Positions 1 to 10,298 of a stretch of 64,000 nt of DNA are shown one piece after another (positions within the stretch are counted from its first letter, which is position 1; each line of letters starts with the position of its first letter). The position numbers and the translations under genes are program-made. The notes below the pieces were generated by a model. That model saw only the letters and a program-made list of their open reading frames with translations, did not search any database and was not told the DNA's origin. The DNA is from Pelagibacteraceae bacterium AG-313-A04 (GTDB taxonomy: Bacteria > Pseudomonadota > Alphaproteobacteria > Pelagibacterales > Pelagibacteraceae), in assembly GCA_003284275.1 (NCBI GenBank), contig QBVU01000005.1, positions 955 through 64,954 on the forward strand, written 5' to 3'.

Positions 1-392
1 GGTGTTTTTTTATAAAAGGAAATTATTTCTCTTATCATGTTTAAAAACTTAAAATTAAATAAATTTAGTTTATTAGCAAAAATACCTCCTAAGCCGCTTC
101 CGCTATATTCAACATTGCTGTTTTTGATTGATACAGAAAAAGACATGTCACTTTTTTCATAAGGAACATTTAATTCATTAAAAAATTTTACTAAATTTGG
201 ATAAGTAGTTTTATTAAAAACAATAAAACCAAGATCTACTGGAACAATTTTGTCACCCTCTTTAATATCGTAAGTGAAAGAATGACCCCCGAAATGATCT
301 TCTTTTTCGTAAAGATCAACTTTATATTTTTTTGAAAGAAAATATGCAGAGGACAACCCAGAGATACCGGAACCGATAACAGCAACTTTCAT
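1..392 (-). CDS. NAD(P)/FAD-dependent oxidoreductase (amine oxidase-like), truncated by window edge
   Basis: Manual translation from ATG at 392 gives MKVAVIGSGISGLSSAYFLSKKYKVDLYEKEDHFGGHS...VDLGFIVFN, with an N-terminal GxGxxG Rossmann motif; ORF runs off position 1. Confidence 0.8.
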   Translation of the reverse strand, partial: MKVAVIGSGISGLSSAYFLSKKYKVDLYEKEDHFGGHSFTYDIKEGDKIVPVDLGFIVFNKTTYPNLVKFFNELNVPYEKSDMSFSVSIKNSNVEYSGSGLGGIFANKLNLFNFKFLNMIREIISFYKKT

Positions 393-401
393 TAGAAAAG
401 A

Positions 402-3269
402 TTAAGCAGCTTCATCTTTATATTCATCCATTGAAGGACATGAACATACTAAATTTCTATCTCCAAAAACGTTATCAACTCTTGCGACTGGCGCCCAATA
501 TTTATTATTTTTTACATACTCAGTTGGAAAAGCTGCTTCTTCCCTTGAGTAAGCATGCCTCCACTCTGTTGAAGCTAATTCAACATAAGTATGAGGAGCA
601 TTTTTAAGTGGGTTATCCATTTTGTCAAATTTAGACGATTCAACTAAATTAATTTCTTTTTTAATTTTAATAAACGCATTACAAAATTTATCAATTTCCT
701 CTAAATTTTCACTTTCTGTTGGCTCAATCATTATTGTACCGGCAACAGGCCACGACATAGTTGGTGCGTGGTAACCAAAGTCAATTAATCTCTTTGCCAG
801 GTCTTCTTCTGAGATTCCTGAGCTTGCTTTAATTGGTCGAATATCAATTATGCATTCGTGCGCGACATTTCCATTTTTGCCAGTATAAAGAACTTTATAA
901 TCTTTAGATAATTTTTTTGAAATGTAATTTGCATTTAATATTGAAACTTGTGAAGCTTTTTTCAGCCCTTCTGCACCCATCATCTTTATGTACATCCAAG
1001 ATATTGGAAGTATGCTTGAACTACCCCAAGGAGCAGCTGAAACAGCTCCCATCCCATTCTTAGGACCAGCTTCTTTAATAACTTTATGTGTAGGTAAAAA
1101 ATCAGCTAAATGCTTAACACAAGCAATCGGACCCATTCCAGGTCCGCCCCCGCCGTGAGGTATGCAGAATGTTTTATGTAAATTAATATGACAAACATCA
1201 GGTCCAAATTTCCCTGGTTTTGCAATACCTACAAGTGCGTTTAGATTTGCTCCATCCATATAAACTTGTCCACCGTGCTTATGAATAACATCACAAATTT
1301 CAATGATTTTTTCTTCAAATACTCCGTGAGTAGAAGGATAGGTAACCATTAATGCAGCTAAATCTTTTGAATATTTTTCAGCTTTATTTTTAAGATCGCC
1401 TATGTCGACGTTTCCATCATCGTCACAATTGACCACAACCACTTTCATCCCACACATTTGAGCGCTGGCTGGATTAGTTCCATGTGCTGAATCTGGGATA
1501 AGACAAACGTTACGATTTTCTTGTTGATTGCTCTTATGGAATTTTCTTATAGTCATTAGACCTGCATACTCTCCTTGTGCGCCAGAGTTAGGTTGCAAAG
1601 AGACTGCGTCATATCCTGTGATTTCTTTTAAATCATTTATTAAATCATTAAAAAGAATCTTATAACCTTCCATTTGATTTGTGGGAACAAAGGGATGCGG
1701 AAGTGAAAACTCTTTCCAAGTAATAGGAATTAATTCAGCTGTTGCATTGAGTTTCATTGTACAAGATCCCAAAGCAATCATTGACCTATTAAGCGCAATA
1801 TCACAATCTTCGAGTTTCTTTAAGTATCTAAGCATTTCAGTCTCAGAATGATATTTGTTGAAAACTGGATGAGTTAAGTATTTTGAAGTTCTTAAAAGGT
1901 TTTTTGGAAGATTGTCTAGCTCAACCTTTACATCTTGCCTAATTGTTTTAGATATTCCAAATAATTTTAATAATAAATTAACATCATCAAGTTTTTTTGC
2001 TTCATCAAAAGCAACTGACAGATGTTCTTCATCAACTTTTCTTAAATTAATATTTTCTTTTAATGCGGCCTCATAAATAGAGTTTGTTTTTTTAGTGGTT
2101 TTAATTGTTACAGTATCAAAAAAATGATCTGATAAAATCTTGTAACCACCAGTTTTGATATTATCAGCGAAAATTTTAGCTAATTTAGAAGTTCTATTAG
2201 CTATTTTAAGTATTCCTTCTGGTCCATGATAAATTGCAAAAGCAGCAGAAATAATAGCTAATAAGGCTTGAGCAGTACAAATGTTACTAGTAGCTTTATC
2301 TCTTCTTATGTGTTGCTCCCTAGTTTGTAAAGAAAGTCTGTAAGCTTTTTTTCCTTGTCTATCTTTTGATACACCTATAATTCTTCCAGGCATTGATCGT
2401 TTAAATTCTTCCTTAGTAGCAAAAAATGCTGCGTGCGGGCCACCGTATCCCATTGGGATACCAAATCTTTGAGCACTACCTACAGCAATGTCAGCACCAA
2501 GTTCTGCCGGAGTTTTTAATCTAGCAAGCGATAATAAATCACAAACTAAAATAGCTTTTCCGTTCTTTTTATGTATTTGACTAATACTTTCACTTGGATC
2601 ACTTATCTCACCTAAAGTTCCCGGGTAAGATAAAACTCCACAAATTATATCTTCATTAATTTTTGTAAGCTCTGTTTTTTCATCACCTATGATCAGTTCT
2701 AAACCGAAAGGACTTGTTCTTGTTTTAATTAGATCAATCGTTTGGGGATTACAATTACTTGAAATAAATATTTTTTTTGAATTAGTCTTGTCTAGTCTCT
2801 GACTTAATCCTACTGCCTCAGCTGTTGCTGTTGCCTCGTCCAATAAAGAAGCATTAGCAATATCCATACCTGTTAAGTCAATTATTGATTGTTGAAAATT
2901 CAAAAGCATTTCAAGTCGACCTTGCGCTACTTCAGGCTGATAAGGTGTGTAAGAAGTGTACCATCCCGGATTTTCTAAAATATTTCTTAATATTACATTA
3001 GGTGTAATTGAGTTATAGTATCCCATTCCAATAAAATTTCTAAAGATTTTATTTTTTTTAGAAATAGATTTCAATTTTTTCAAAGCATCGTTTTCTGACA
3101 TTGGCTGGTCAATTTTAAGATCTTCTTTTAATAAGATTTTTTCAGGTACAGTATTTTCCATCAGATCTTGAAGTGACTTATATCCGATGTATTTTAACAT
3201 TTTAGATTGCTCCTCTTTAGAAGGACCAATATGTCTTTTAATAAACTCTTTTGAATTATCGTCAATCAT
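402..3269 (-). CDS. gcvP: Glycine dehydrogenase (decarboxylating), glycine cleavage P protein
   Basis: 955 aa; YTSYTPYQPEVAQG, HINLHKTFCIPHGGGGPG PLP motif, TSNICTAQALLA. Confidence 0.98.
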   Translation of the reverse strand: MIDDNSKEFIKRHIGPSKEEQSKMLKYIGYKSLQDLMENTVPEKILLKEDLKIDQPMSENDALKKLKSISKKNKIFRNFIGMGYYNSITPNVILRNILENPGWYTSYTPYQPEVAQGRLEMLLNFQQSIIDLTGMDIANASLLDEATATAEAVGLSQRLDKTNSKKIFISSNCNPQTIDLIKTRTSPFGLELIIGDEKTELTKINEDIICGVLSYPGTLGEISDPSESISQIHKKNGKAILVCDLLSLARLKTPAELGADIAVGSAQRFGIPMGYGGPHAAFFATKEEFKRSMPGRIIGVSKDRQGKKAYRLSLQTREQHIRRDKATSNICTAQALLAIISAAFAIYHGPEGILKIANRTSKLAKIFADNIKTGGYKILSDHFFDTVTIKTTKKTNSIYEAALKENINLRKVDEEHLSVAFDEAKKLDDVNLLLKLFGISKTIRQDVKVELDNLPKNLLRTSKYLTHPVFNKYHSETEMLRYLKKLEDCDIALNRSMIALGSCTMKLNATAELIPITWKEFSLPHPFVPTNQMEGYKILFNDLINDLKEITGYDAVSLQPNSGAQGEYAGLMTIRKFHKSNQQENRNVCLIPDSAHGTNPASAQMCGMKVVVVNCDDDGNVDIGDLKNKAEKYSKDLAALMVTYPSTHGVFEEKIIEICDVIHKHGGQVYMDGANLNALVGIAKPGKFGPDVCHINLHKTFCIPHGGGGPGMGPIACVKHLADFLPTHKVIKEAGPKNGMGAVSAAPWGSSSILPISWMYIKMMGAEGLKKASQVSILNANYISKKLSKDYKVLYTGKNGNVAHECIIDIRPIKASSGISEEDLAKRLIDFGYHAPTMSWPVAGTIMIEPTESENLEEIDKFCNAFIKIKKEINLVESSKFDKMDNPLKNAPHTYVELASTEWRHAYSREEAAFPTEYVKNNKYWAPVARVDNVFGDRNLVCSCPSMDEYKDEAA

Positions 3270-3649
3270 TAGCTAGGATTCTCCGCACAGAATTTATCGT
3301 AATCTGCTTTGTTCATTAATGTTTCAAACTCAGATTTATCTTTAATTTTAATTTTAAAAAACCAACTTTCCCCCTCTGGATCAGAGTTTACGTTTCCTGG
3401 GTCATCGACAATTGATTTATTTCCCTCTAAAATTTCTCCTGTGATTGGAGAATAAACATCACTAGCTGCTTTGGTTGACTCAACGACAGCAGCTTGGCCA
3501 TCCTTCTCAACTGATTTACCTGGTTCGGGAACTTCAACAAAAACAATGTCTCCTAACATTTCAGTAGCATGTTTAGTTATACCAACAGTTGCAGTGTCGC
3601 CATCAAGTGAAACCCACTCGTGTTTTTTTGAAAATTTTTTCTCACTCAT
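3269..3649 (-). CDS. gcvH: Glycine cleavage H protein
   Basis: HEWV and [14 protein letters not shown] lipoyl-lysine motif; lies between gcvT and gcvP. Confidence 0.97.
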   Translation of the reverse strand: MSEKKFSKKHEWVSLDGDTATVGITKHATEMLGDIVFVEVPEPGKSVEKDGQAAVVESTKAASDVYSPITGEILEGNKSIVDDPGNVNSDPEGESWFFKIKIKDKSEFETLMNKADYDKFCAENPS

Positions 3650-3663
3650 CTTTTGCTCCTTTG

Positions 3664-4758
3664 TTATTTAACATAACTCTTCTTAAAAAAAGGAAGTTCA
3701 GAAACTTTACCCCCATGTTTCTTTCCTCTTACTTCCAAATGAATTTTTGTTCCAATTTCTGCATATTTTGTATTTATATAGCCCATTGCAACTGGTGCGT
3801 TTACGCTAGGACCAAAAGTTCCACTAGTTATTAAACCAATCTCTTCCCCGCTTTCAGAAAAAATTTTTGTATTTTCTCTTGCAATGACTCTTCCTTCAGG
3901 CAAAATACCCACTCTTCTTTTTTCACTACCATTCTCAATTAATTTTTTAATTTTATCCCAACCATTAAAACCACCTTCTTCTCTTCTTCTCTTAGCAATC
4001 GCCCATTTTAAATTGGCTTCAATGGGATTAATCTTTTCATTTAAATCGTGACCATATAAACATAGTCCAGCTTCAAGTCTTAATGTGTCTCTGGCTCCTA
4101 ATCCTACAGCATTTACTTTGTTTTCTTTTAAGAATGAAATGAGTTTTTCAACTTTATTGTTTGGGATGGATATTTCAAAACCATCTTCACCAGTGTATCC
4201 AGATCTAGTTATATATAAGTTTTCGTTATCAAACTTAAAATTATTTCCAGTCATAAACTTCAAACTTGAAACACCAGGCACAATTTTTTCTAGTATCTCA
4301 ACTGCTTTTGGTCCTTGTAATGCTATTAAAGATAAATCATTATTTAAAAAATACTTATGATCTTTATTTAAAAATTTTTCAATTTGTTTTACATCATTAT
4401 CTTTACATGCTGCATTTAAAATGATGCAAAATCCTTTAGAAGTTTTCGTAATAATTAAATCATCTATAATTCCTCCTTCCTTATTTAGTAAAAAGGAATA
4501 TTTAGAATGATTTAATATTAAAGATTTAAGATCTGATGGAATAATTTTTTCTAAAGAGTCAGCTAATGTTTCGTCACCTTCTAAAAAAAACTGCCCCATA
4601 TGAGAAACATCAAAGAAACCTGCGTATGATCTTGTTGAAATATGTTCTTTTACAATTCCATCTTTATATTGAATTGGCATTTCATAACCCGCAAAGGAAA
4701 CGAATTTAGCACCAAGATCTTTATGGTAATTATATAAAGCTGTTTTTTGTACTTCCAT
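3664..4758 (-). CDS. gcvT: Aminomethyltransferase, glycine cleavage T protein
   Basis: [37 protein letters not shown]. Confidence 0.97.
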   Translation of the reverse strand: MEVQKTALYNYHKDLGAKFVSFAGYEMPIQYKDGIVKEHISTRSYAGFFDVSHMGQFFLEGDETLADSLEKIIPSDLKSLILNHSKYSFLLNKEGGIIDDLIITKTSKGFCIILNAACKDNDVKQIEKFLNKDHKYFLNNDLSLIALQGPKAVEILEKIVPGVSSLKFMTGNNFKFDNENLYITRSGYTGEDGFEISIPNNKVEKLISFLKENKVNAVGLGARDTLRLEAGLCLYGHDLNEKINPIEANLKWAIAKRRREEGGFNGWDKIKKLIENGSEKRRVGILPEGRVIARENTKIFSESGEEIGLITSGTFGPSVNAPVAMGYINTKYAEIGTKIHLEVRGKKHGGKVSELPFFKKSYVK

Positions 4759-4774
4759 AATAACTCTTTCCTAA

Positions 4775-4919
4775 CCCCATCTGTCTATGTACCTGAGAGA
4801 TTTAATCCTTCGGTGAGGCCAAAGCCTGCTTTCCAGAGTTATTACGGTAACGGTCCTTTTGCCTGAGAGTTTCCGGGGTGGTTGCTCCTTCGGCGCCAAA
4901 TTTTGGTCTCTCCCGTTAC
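4775..4919 (-). ncRNA. Tandem glycine riboswitch (aptamer 1 ~4847-4919, aptamer 2 ~4775-4838)
   Basis: Minus strand has two units with glycine-aptamer hallmarks, GGAGAGA..CGCCGAAGGAGCAA..AAACTCTCAGGCAAAAGGAC and CTCTGGAAAG..CACCGAAGG..TCTCTCAGGT..GACAGA, directly upstream of gcvT. Confidence 0.95.
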
Positions 4920-4963
4920 AAGTGGACTTTCATCGAAAAGACCCAAAATGTCAAATATAATTA

Positions 4964-5827
4964 TTATGATGTGACTTTATTTTTATCAAAGCTTTTTAGT
5001 ATAATTGCAGTGATTATTACACATCCTCCAATAAGCACACTCAAAGGTGGTATCTCGTTAAGGAATAGCCATACCCATATTGGGGCGAATAAAGTCTCTG
5101 TTAACATCAGAAGACCAATTGTAGCTGAGGGTGTCGTTCTTGATCCTATAGTTATACAAATAAATCCAAAAGCTAGTTGAGGAACACCAAGAAAGAAACC
5201 CATTAAAACATCATTACTAGTAAATATAAAAGACTCAGAAAGAATTAGTCCATAAATAATACTAAATATTCCTGAGTAAAAAATAGCAGGTACCATGTCT
5301 AAATTTTTATTTTTTCTAATGATCATTACTAATATTGAAAAATTTATTGGGATCGCCAATGCCACTAAATTTCCAAAAAAAGAACCAGTCGTAAGAGAGT
5401 CTCCAACCATAATGGTAATACCCCCCATTGCTAATAAGATTGAACAAAAACTTATTAACGAAACTTTTTCTTTTAAATAAAAGTAACCAAAAATTGCTAA
5501 AAACATTGTTTGAGTGCTAATAATGAACACAACATTGGCTACTGTTGTGATGCTCATCGAAACTACGAATGCAATAAAACTTAAAGACATTACTAGTCCA
5601 CCAAGTACGGCTGGATAACCTGCATTTTTTATAATCCTAATTGTATTTTTTTTGTAAGTAGCTGTTAAAAAGATCATTAATGCAATCATAAAGAAAACAG
5701 ATCTCAATAATAAAATTTGCCAAACAGTTGCTTGCTCGAAAGATCTGATAATGAAACCACCCCAACTTAAACAAAATCCTCCAAACAAAAGAAGAGTATA
5801 TCCAGGAATTTTATATAGAAATTGCAT
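4964..5827 (-). CDS. DMT/EamA family transporter
   Basis: 287 aa, about 10 hydrophobic segments, two EamA-like repeats (LKEKVS; LNEIP). Confidence 0.85.
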   Translation of the reverse strand: MQFLYKIPGYTLLLFGGFCLSWGGFIIRSFEQATVWQILLLRSVFFMIALMIFLTATYKKNTIRIIKNAGYPAVLGGLVMSLSFIAFVVSMSITTVANVVFIISTQTMFLAIFGYFYLKEKVSLISFCSILLAMGGITIMVGDSLTTGSFFGNLVALAIPINFSILVMIIRKNKNLDMVPAIFYSGIFSIIYGLILSESFIFTSNDVLMGFFLGVPQLAFGFICITIGSRTTPSATIGLLMLTETLFAPIWVWLFLNEIPPLSVLIGGCVIITAIILKSFDKNKVTS

Positions 5828-7153
5828 TTAAAACTTTCTCAAGATTTTACTAAAATAAAACTTTAATGTTAAAGATCTTAATATCATAAAGCACATAAGT
5901 GAAAACCATAATCCATGATTGCCAAAATATTTAGTCAAATAAATAGATATTATAATGAAACTTAAAACAGAAATTATCATAGCATTTCTCATTTCTTTTG
6001 TTTGTGAAGCTCCAATAAAAATACCATCAAGTTGATAACAGAACGATGCAATCGGTGGTATTATGATTACCCACAAGAAATGTTTATAAGAAATAAACCT
6101 TAATAATTCAATATCTGTAATTATATTAACTATTTGTTTGAAAAAAATTATATAAACAAATGATACAATTAGTGCAGTGATAAAACTGAGTTGAATAGAG
6201 TCTTTTACCAAAGTTAAAAAAGAATTTTTATTTTTTCTACCGATAGTAAAACCGATTACACCTTCAGTGGAAAAGGCATAAGCATCTAAAAAGAAAGCGG
6301 CAAGTATTATAAACTGTAATAAAATTGTATTAACAGCTAAATAATCTTCTCCAAGTTTTGAACCTAGATATGTGACCCATAAAAATGAAAAAGTTACGAA
6401 TAAAGTTCTTATAAAAATATCTATGTTTATATTAAATAATTTTAATAGTTTTGATTTAATGGTGAGTTTTTCAAACCTTGGTATTAATTTAAATTTTTTT
6501 ATTATAAATCTGTAAGTGAATAAGGAGAAAATAGATACTGTAATGAAGCTTGCAAATAAAGAACCAAAAGCAACACCTGTTACATTTAGATTGTAGGATA
6601 AAACTAAAATAGAACTAAAAACAATATTTAAAATAGACAAGGTTATTACCATTAAGCTAGATATTTTAGTTTTTTGTATTCCAAGATAAAATCCAATCAG
6701 AATATAGATAGTTAGCTCTGCAGGAACTGAAAAAACTCTTACATTTAAATAAGAATTAATCAATTTCTGTGTTTCTATGGAAGTATTAAAAAAATGTTGA
6801 ATTAAAGTATTTATTAAAGGTTTTAAAATTATAATAACTAATGATATAAAAATGGCAATTACAAAGTTTCTCAATAAAGTTCTTATAATTTCTCTATAAT
6901 CTCCTCTACCATAAGCTTGAGAAACAATTCCAACTGTCCCCATTCTTAAGAAACCAAAACTCCAAATTACCATGGTCATTACAGATGTAGCTATACTAGT
7001 AGCAGCTAAATATTTTGTTTCACCCAAGTTTCCCATAAGGCTTGTATCAACTATGCCCACTAAAGGTGTCGCTAAATTTGAAAAAAAGACCGGGATGGAC
7101 AGTAAAATAATTTGTTTTTTTGAAAATTTTGTTGAATATTTTATTGATTTCAT
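5828..7153 (-). CDS. MATE family efflux transporter (DinF-like)
   Basis: SNLATPLVGIVDT, FGFLRMGTVG, YQLDGIFIGA; about 12 TM. Confidence 0.88.
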   Translation of the reverse strand: MKSIKYSTKFSKKQIILLSIPVFFSNLATPLVGIVDTSLMGNLGETKYLAATSIATSVMTMVIWSFGFLRMGTVGIVSQAYGRGDYREIIRTLLRNFVIAIFISLVIIILKPLINTLIQHFFNTSIETQKLINSYLNVRVFSVPAELTIYILIGFYLGIQKTKISSLMVITLSILNIVFSSILVLSYNLNVTGVAFGSLFASFITVSIFSLFTYRFIIKKFKLIPRFEKLTIKSKLLKLFNINIDIFIRTLFVTFSFLWVTYLGSKLGEDYLAVNTILLQFIILAAFFLDAYAFSTEGVIGFTIGRKNKNSFLTLVKDSIQLSFITALIVSFVYIIFFKQIVNIITDIELLRFISYKHFLWVIIIPPIASFCYQLDGIFIGASQTKEMRNAMIISVLSFIIISIYLTKYFGNHGLWFSLMCFMILRSLTLKFYFSKILRKF

Positions 7154-7212
7154 TTTTTTCTTTAAAATTTTAAAATATGCTTATATACACTTAACATAAT
7201 AATTCTAAGAAA

Positions 7213-7833
7213 ATGTTAGAACAATTCATAATTTCTACTCAAATCTTGATTATAGATGTGGTAATGGCTGCAGATAATGTGATCATTATTAGTTTAATTG
7301 CAGCTAATTTTGCGCCCGAAAACCGAAGAAAAATCATTGCCTGGGGTGTAGCTGCAGCTTTTATTTTTAGAATAATGTTTGCAACTGGAGCGAATTTTAT
7401 TTTTGAATTTGCATGGGTTAAAATTTTAGGAGGAGTAGCGTTACTTTGGGTTATTAACAATTTAAGACAAGACTTTTTTGGTCAAAATAAAATTAGATCT
7501 CCACAATTAAAATCGAAAGAAACCAAAAGCTTCTCTACAGGAGTTTATCAGGTTCTTATAGCCGATCTAACCTTGAGTTTTGACAATGTGTTAGCTGTTG
7601 TTGCAGCCGCAAAAGGTAATTTTCATATAATGGTAATAGGTTTATTATTATCAGTGTTTTTAATAGCAACTCTTGCAAGTTATTTTGCAGACTTTATTAA
7701 AAGACATCAGTGGCTTGGGTATTTAGGTTTGTTTGTTATTCTTATAGTTGCTCTACAATTAATTATTGGTGGATTGGTAAATTACGAAGTTCTTTCTATT
7801 AATGAAAAATACGAATTCTTATTCTCTATATGA
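7213..7833 (+). CDS. TerC/YjbE family membrane protein
   Basis: IDVVMAADNV and ADLTLSFDNVLAV TerC motifs. Confidence 0.88.
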   Translation: MLEQFIISTQILIIDVVMAADNVIIISLIAANFAPENRRKIIAWGVAAAFIFRIMFATGANFIFEFAWVKILGGVALLWVINNLRQDFFGQNKIRSPQLKSKETKSFSTGVYQVLIADLTLSFDNVLAVVAAAKGNFHIMVIGLLLSVFLIATLASYFADFIKRHQWLGYLGLFVILIVALQLIIGGLVNYEVLSINEKYEFLFSI

Positions 7834-8792
7834 TAGATTTTTGTATTTTAGGGTCAGGCGTATCTGGCTCTACGATAGCAAATTTATTATCTAAAAAATA
7901 TTCTGTACATGTCTTTGACAAAGCAAGAGGCCCTGGAGGAAGGTCTTCCAATAAAAGGTTTAAAAATAATTTAAGCTTTGATCATGGCGTTCAGTATATA
8001 TCTCCAAAATCAAAAGAATTTTCAAAATTTATACAAAAGCTTCATAAAAAAAAGATACTTAAAACTTGGAATGAAAATCATTTAGATTTTACTTTTGAAA
8101 AAAAAATTTTCTCATCAAAATACATTGGAAAAAAAGCTAATAACGATTTAGCTAAATATAACCTTATAGGAATAAATAAATCATTCGCCTCACCAATAAC
8201 AAAGATTAAGTTTAATAAATATTTTTGGGAAATAACTCTTAATGATAAATCAACACATCAATTTAAATCATTAATATTAACCTGCCCGTACCCTCAATTA
8301 AAGAAGTTGGCAAAGAAGTACTTAGATAAAAAAATCCTGAATCTTAAAGTTCAAATGCAGCCAAATATTACTGTAATGGTTGCTTTTAAAAATCAAAAAA
8401 ATCTTCCAATAAGTTCGATAAAATTTAATGATGAAATGTTAGCATGGGCAGCAAATGAAAATAGCAAAAAAAGATTTAAATCGAACACTAATTTATGGAC
8501 AATTCAAGCAACATTAAATTGGTCGAAAAAAACAATTAATAAATATAAAACTGATAAATCTGTAATGGAAAAATTAATAAATCGTTTTGTTAAATTATCT
8601 GGATTTGAGAAAAAAAAGATTATTTTTAAAAAAACTCACGGCTGGAAGTATTCATATAATTACGAAAAAACACCTTATCTTAGCATTTGGAATAAAAAAT
8701 ATAATTTAGGTATTTGTGGAGATTGGTTTAGTGGACCTAAAGTTGAGAATGCCTGGTTAAGCGCGAATAATCTTGCTAAGAAAATTAAGTAA
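7830..8792 (+). CDS. Renalase-like FAD-dependent oxidoreductase
   Basis: ILGSGVSG, FDKARGPGGR, FDHGVQY, CGDW..GPKVENAWLS. Confidence 0.85.
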   Translation: MIDFCILGSGVSGSTIANLLSKKYSVHVFDKARGPGGRSSNKRFKNNLSFDHGVQYISPKSKEFSKFIQKLHKKKILKTWNENHLDFTFEKKIFSSKYIGKKANNDLAKYNLIGINKSFASPITKIKFNKYFWEITLNDKSTHQFKSLILTCPYPQLKKLAKKYLDKKILNLKVQMQPNITVMVAFKNQKNLPISSIKFNDEMLAWAANENSKKRFKSNTNLWTIQATLNWSKKTINKYKTDKSVMEKLINRFVKLSGFEKKKIIFKKTHGWKYSYNYEKTPYLSIWNKKYNLGICGDWFSGPKVENAWLSANNLAKKIK

Positions 8793-10298
8793 TTAAAAAA
8801 TTCCTTTATTACTTTTAGATTTCTTTTTTGTAATAGGATTAACCTCTACATTTAAACCTACTAAATCTCTTGCTTTTAATTTTGGAAGATTTTGAACACA
8901 CTTTAAAAATCTATCTGTCTCTTTTTTAGAAATAATTCCATCCGTTAACGTTTTAAATTTATTAATATATTCTTTGCGCGTAAAAGGTTTTTTCCCAGCT
9001 GGATGTGCATCAGCAACATTTATCTCTTCTGAGATCACTGATCCATCTTTCATTTGGATAATTACTTTTCCTCCAAAACATTTATTATTAGGATTTGGAT
9101 CGTGATATTTTTCAGTCCATTTAGAATCTTCTTTAGTAGAAATTTTATGCCAAAGTTCTACTGTGCTTTTTCTTTGAGCTCTTTGAGGTGTGTAAGATTT
9201 TACGTGATGCCAAGCACCATCTTCTAATGCTACAGCAAAAATATACATTATAGAATGATCTAAAGTTTCTCTGCTAGCTTTCGGATCCATTTTCTGAGGA
9301 TCATTTGCACCAGATCCTATTACATAATGTGTGTGGTGACTGGTCTCTATTACAATATTATCAATATCACTTATTTTTGATATCTTTTTATTTAAACTTC
9401 TAGCCAAGTCTATCAAAGCTTGGGATTGATATTCAGCAGAGTGTTCTTTTGTATAAGTTTCTAATATTGCTGTTTTAGGTTCGTTAACATTCGGAAGTGG
9501 AACTGTATACTCTTTATCTGGACCAGATAAGATATAGGCAATTACACTATCTTCACCTTCATAAATAGGAGATGGTGCACCCTCGCCTCTCATGCATCTA
9601 TCAACAGCTTCAATAGCAAGTTTTCCAGCATGAGCGGGAGCAAAAGCTTTCCAGCTCGAGATTTCTCCTTTTCTTGATTGTCTTGTTGAAACTGTAATAT
9701 GTAATGCTTGTTGAACAGATTGATAAATAACATCTGTTTTCAAATTTAATAAACTACCTAAACCTGCAGCAACACTTGGTCCTAAGTGAGCAATATGATC
9801 TACTTTATGTTCGTGTAAACAAATTCCTTTAACTAAGTTTACCTGAACTTCATAACCCGTTAAAATTCCTTTAATTAAATCTTTTCCGCTACAACCTTTT
9901 TGTTGAGCTACTGCTAAAATTGCAGGGATATTATCGCCTGGATGACTGTAATCTGCTGCTAAAAAAGTATCGTGATAATCTAATTCTCTAACTGCTGTTC
10001 CGTTTGCCCATGCAGCCCATTCACAGTCTACTTTTACCTTATGATTTAAACCAAATACCGTTGAGCCTTTTTTTCTAGAATGCGCTAAAGCCATGGCTCT
10101 AGCTGAAACAACTGGTCTTCTATTAAATGAGGCAATAGCAACTGATGCATTATCAATAATTCTATTGATAACCATATCAACTGCATCTTTATCTATTTTG
10201 GCTTTATCAGATGCTATTTCTGCTATCTTCCAGGCTAATTGATCTTCTTTTTTTAAATTTGATTTTGATGGGTGTACTTTTACTTTTATATCTCGCAT
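8793..10298 (-). CDS. prpD: 2-methylcitrate dehydratase (MmgE/PrpD family)
   Basis: [36 protein letters not shown]; adjacent to acnA. Confidence 0.9.
   Translation of the reverse strand: MRDIKVKVHPSKSNLKKEDQLAWKIAEIASDKAKIDKDAVDMVINRIIDNASVAIASFNRRPVVSARAMALAHSRKKGSTVFGLNHKVKVDCEWAAWANGTAVRELDYHDTFLAADYSHPGDNIPAILAVAQQKGCSGKDLIKGILTGYEVQVNLVKGICLHEHKVDHIAHLGPSVAAGLGSLLNLKTDVIYQSVQQALHITVSTRQSRKGEISSWKAFAPAHAGKLAIEAVDRCMRGEGAPSPIYEGEDSVIAYILSGPDKEYTVPLPNVNEPKTAILETYTKEHSAEYQSQALIDLARSLNKKISKISDIDNIVIETSHHTHYVIGSGANDPQKMDPKASRETLDHSIMYIFAVALEDGAWHHVKSYTPQRAQRKSTVELWHKISTKEDSKWTEKYHDPNPNNKCFGGKVIIQMKDGSVISEEINVADAHPAGKKPFTRKEYINKFKTLTDGIISKKETDRFLKCVQNLPKLKARDLVGLNVEVNPITKKKSKSNKGIF

Noticed and set aside
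4878-5180. 100-aa plus-strand ORF and the other short antisense ORFs in the track (e.g. 23896-24354, 59879-60457, 43283-43573)
   Set aside because: They are shadows of well-supported opposite-strand genes or of the riboswitch, with no recognisable motifs
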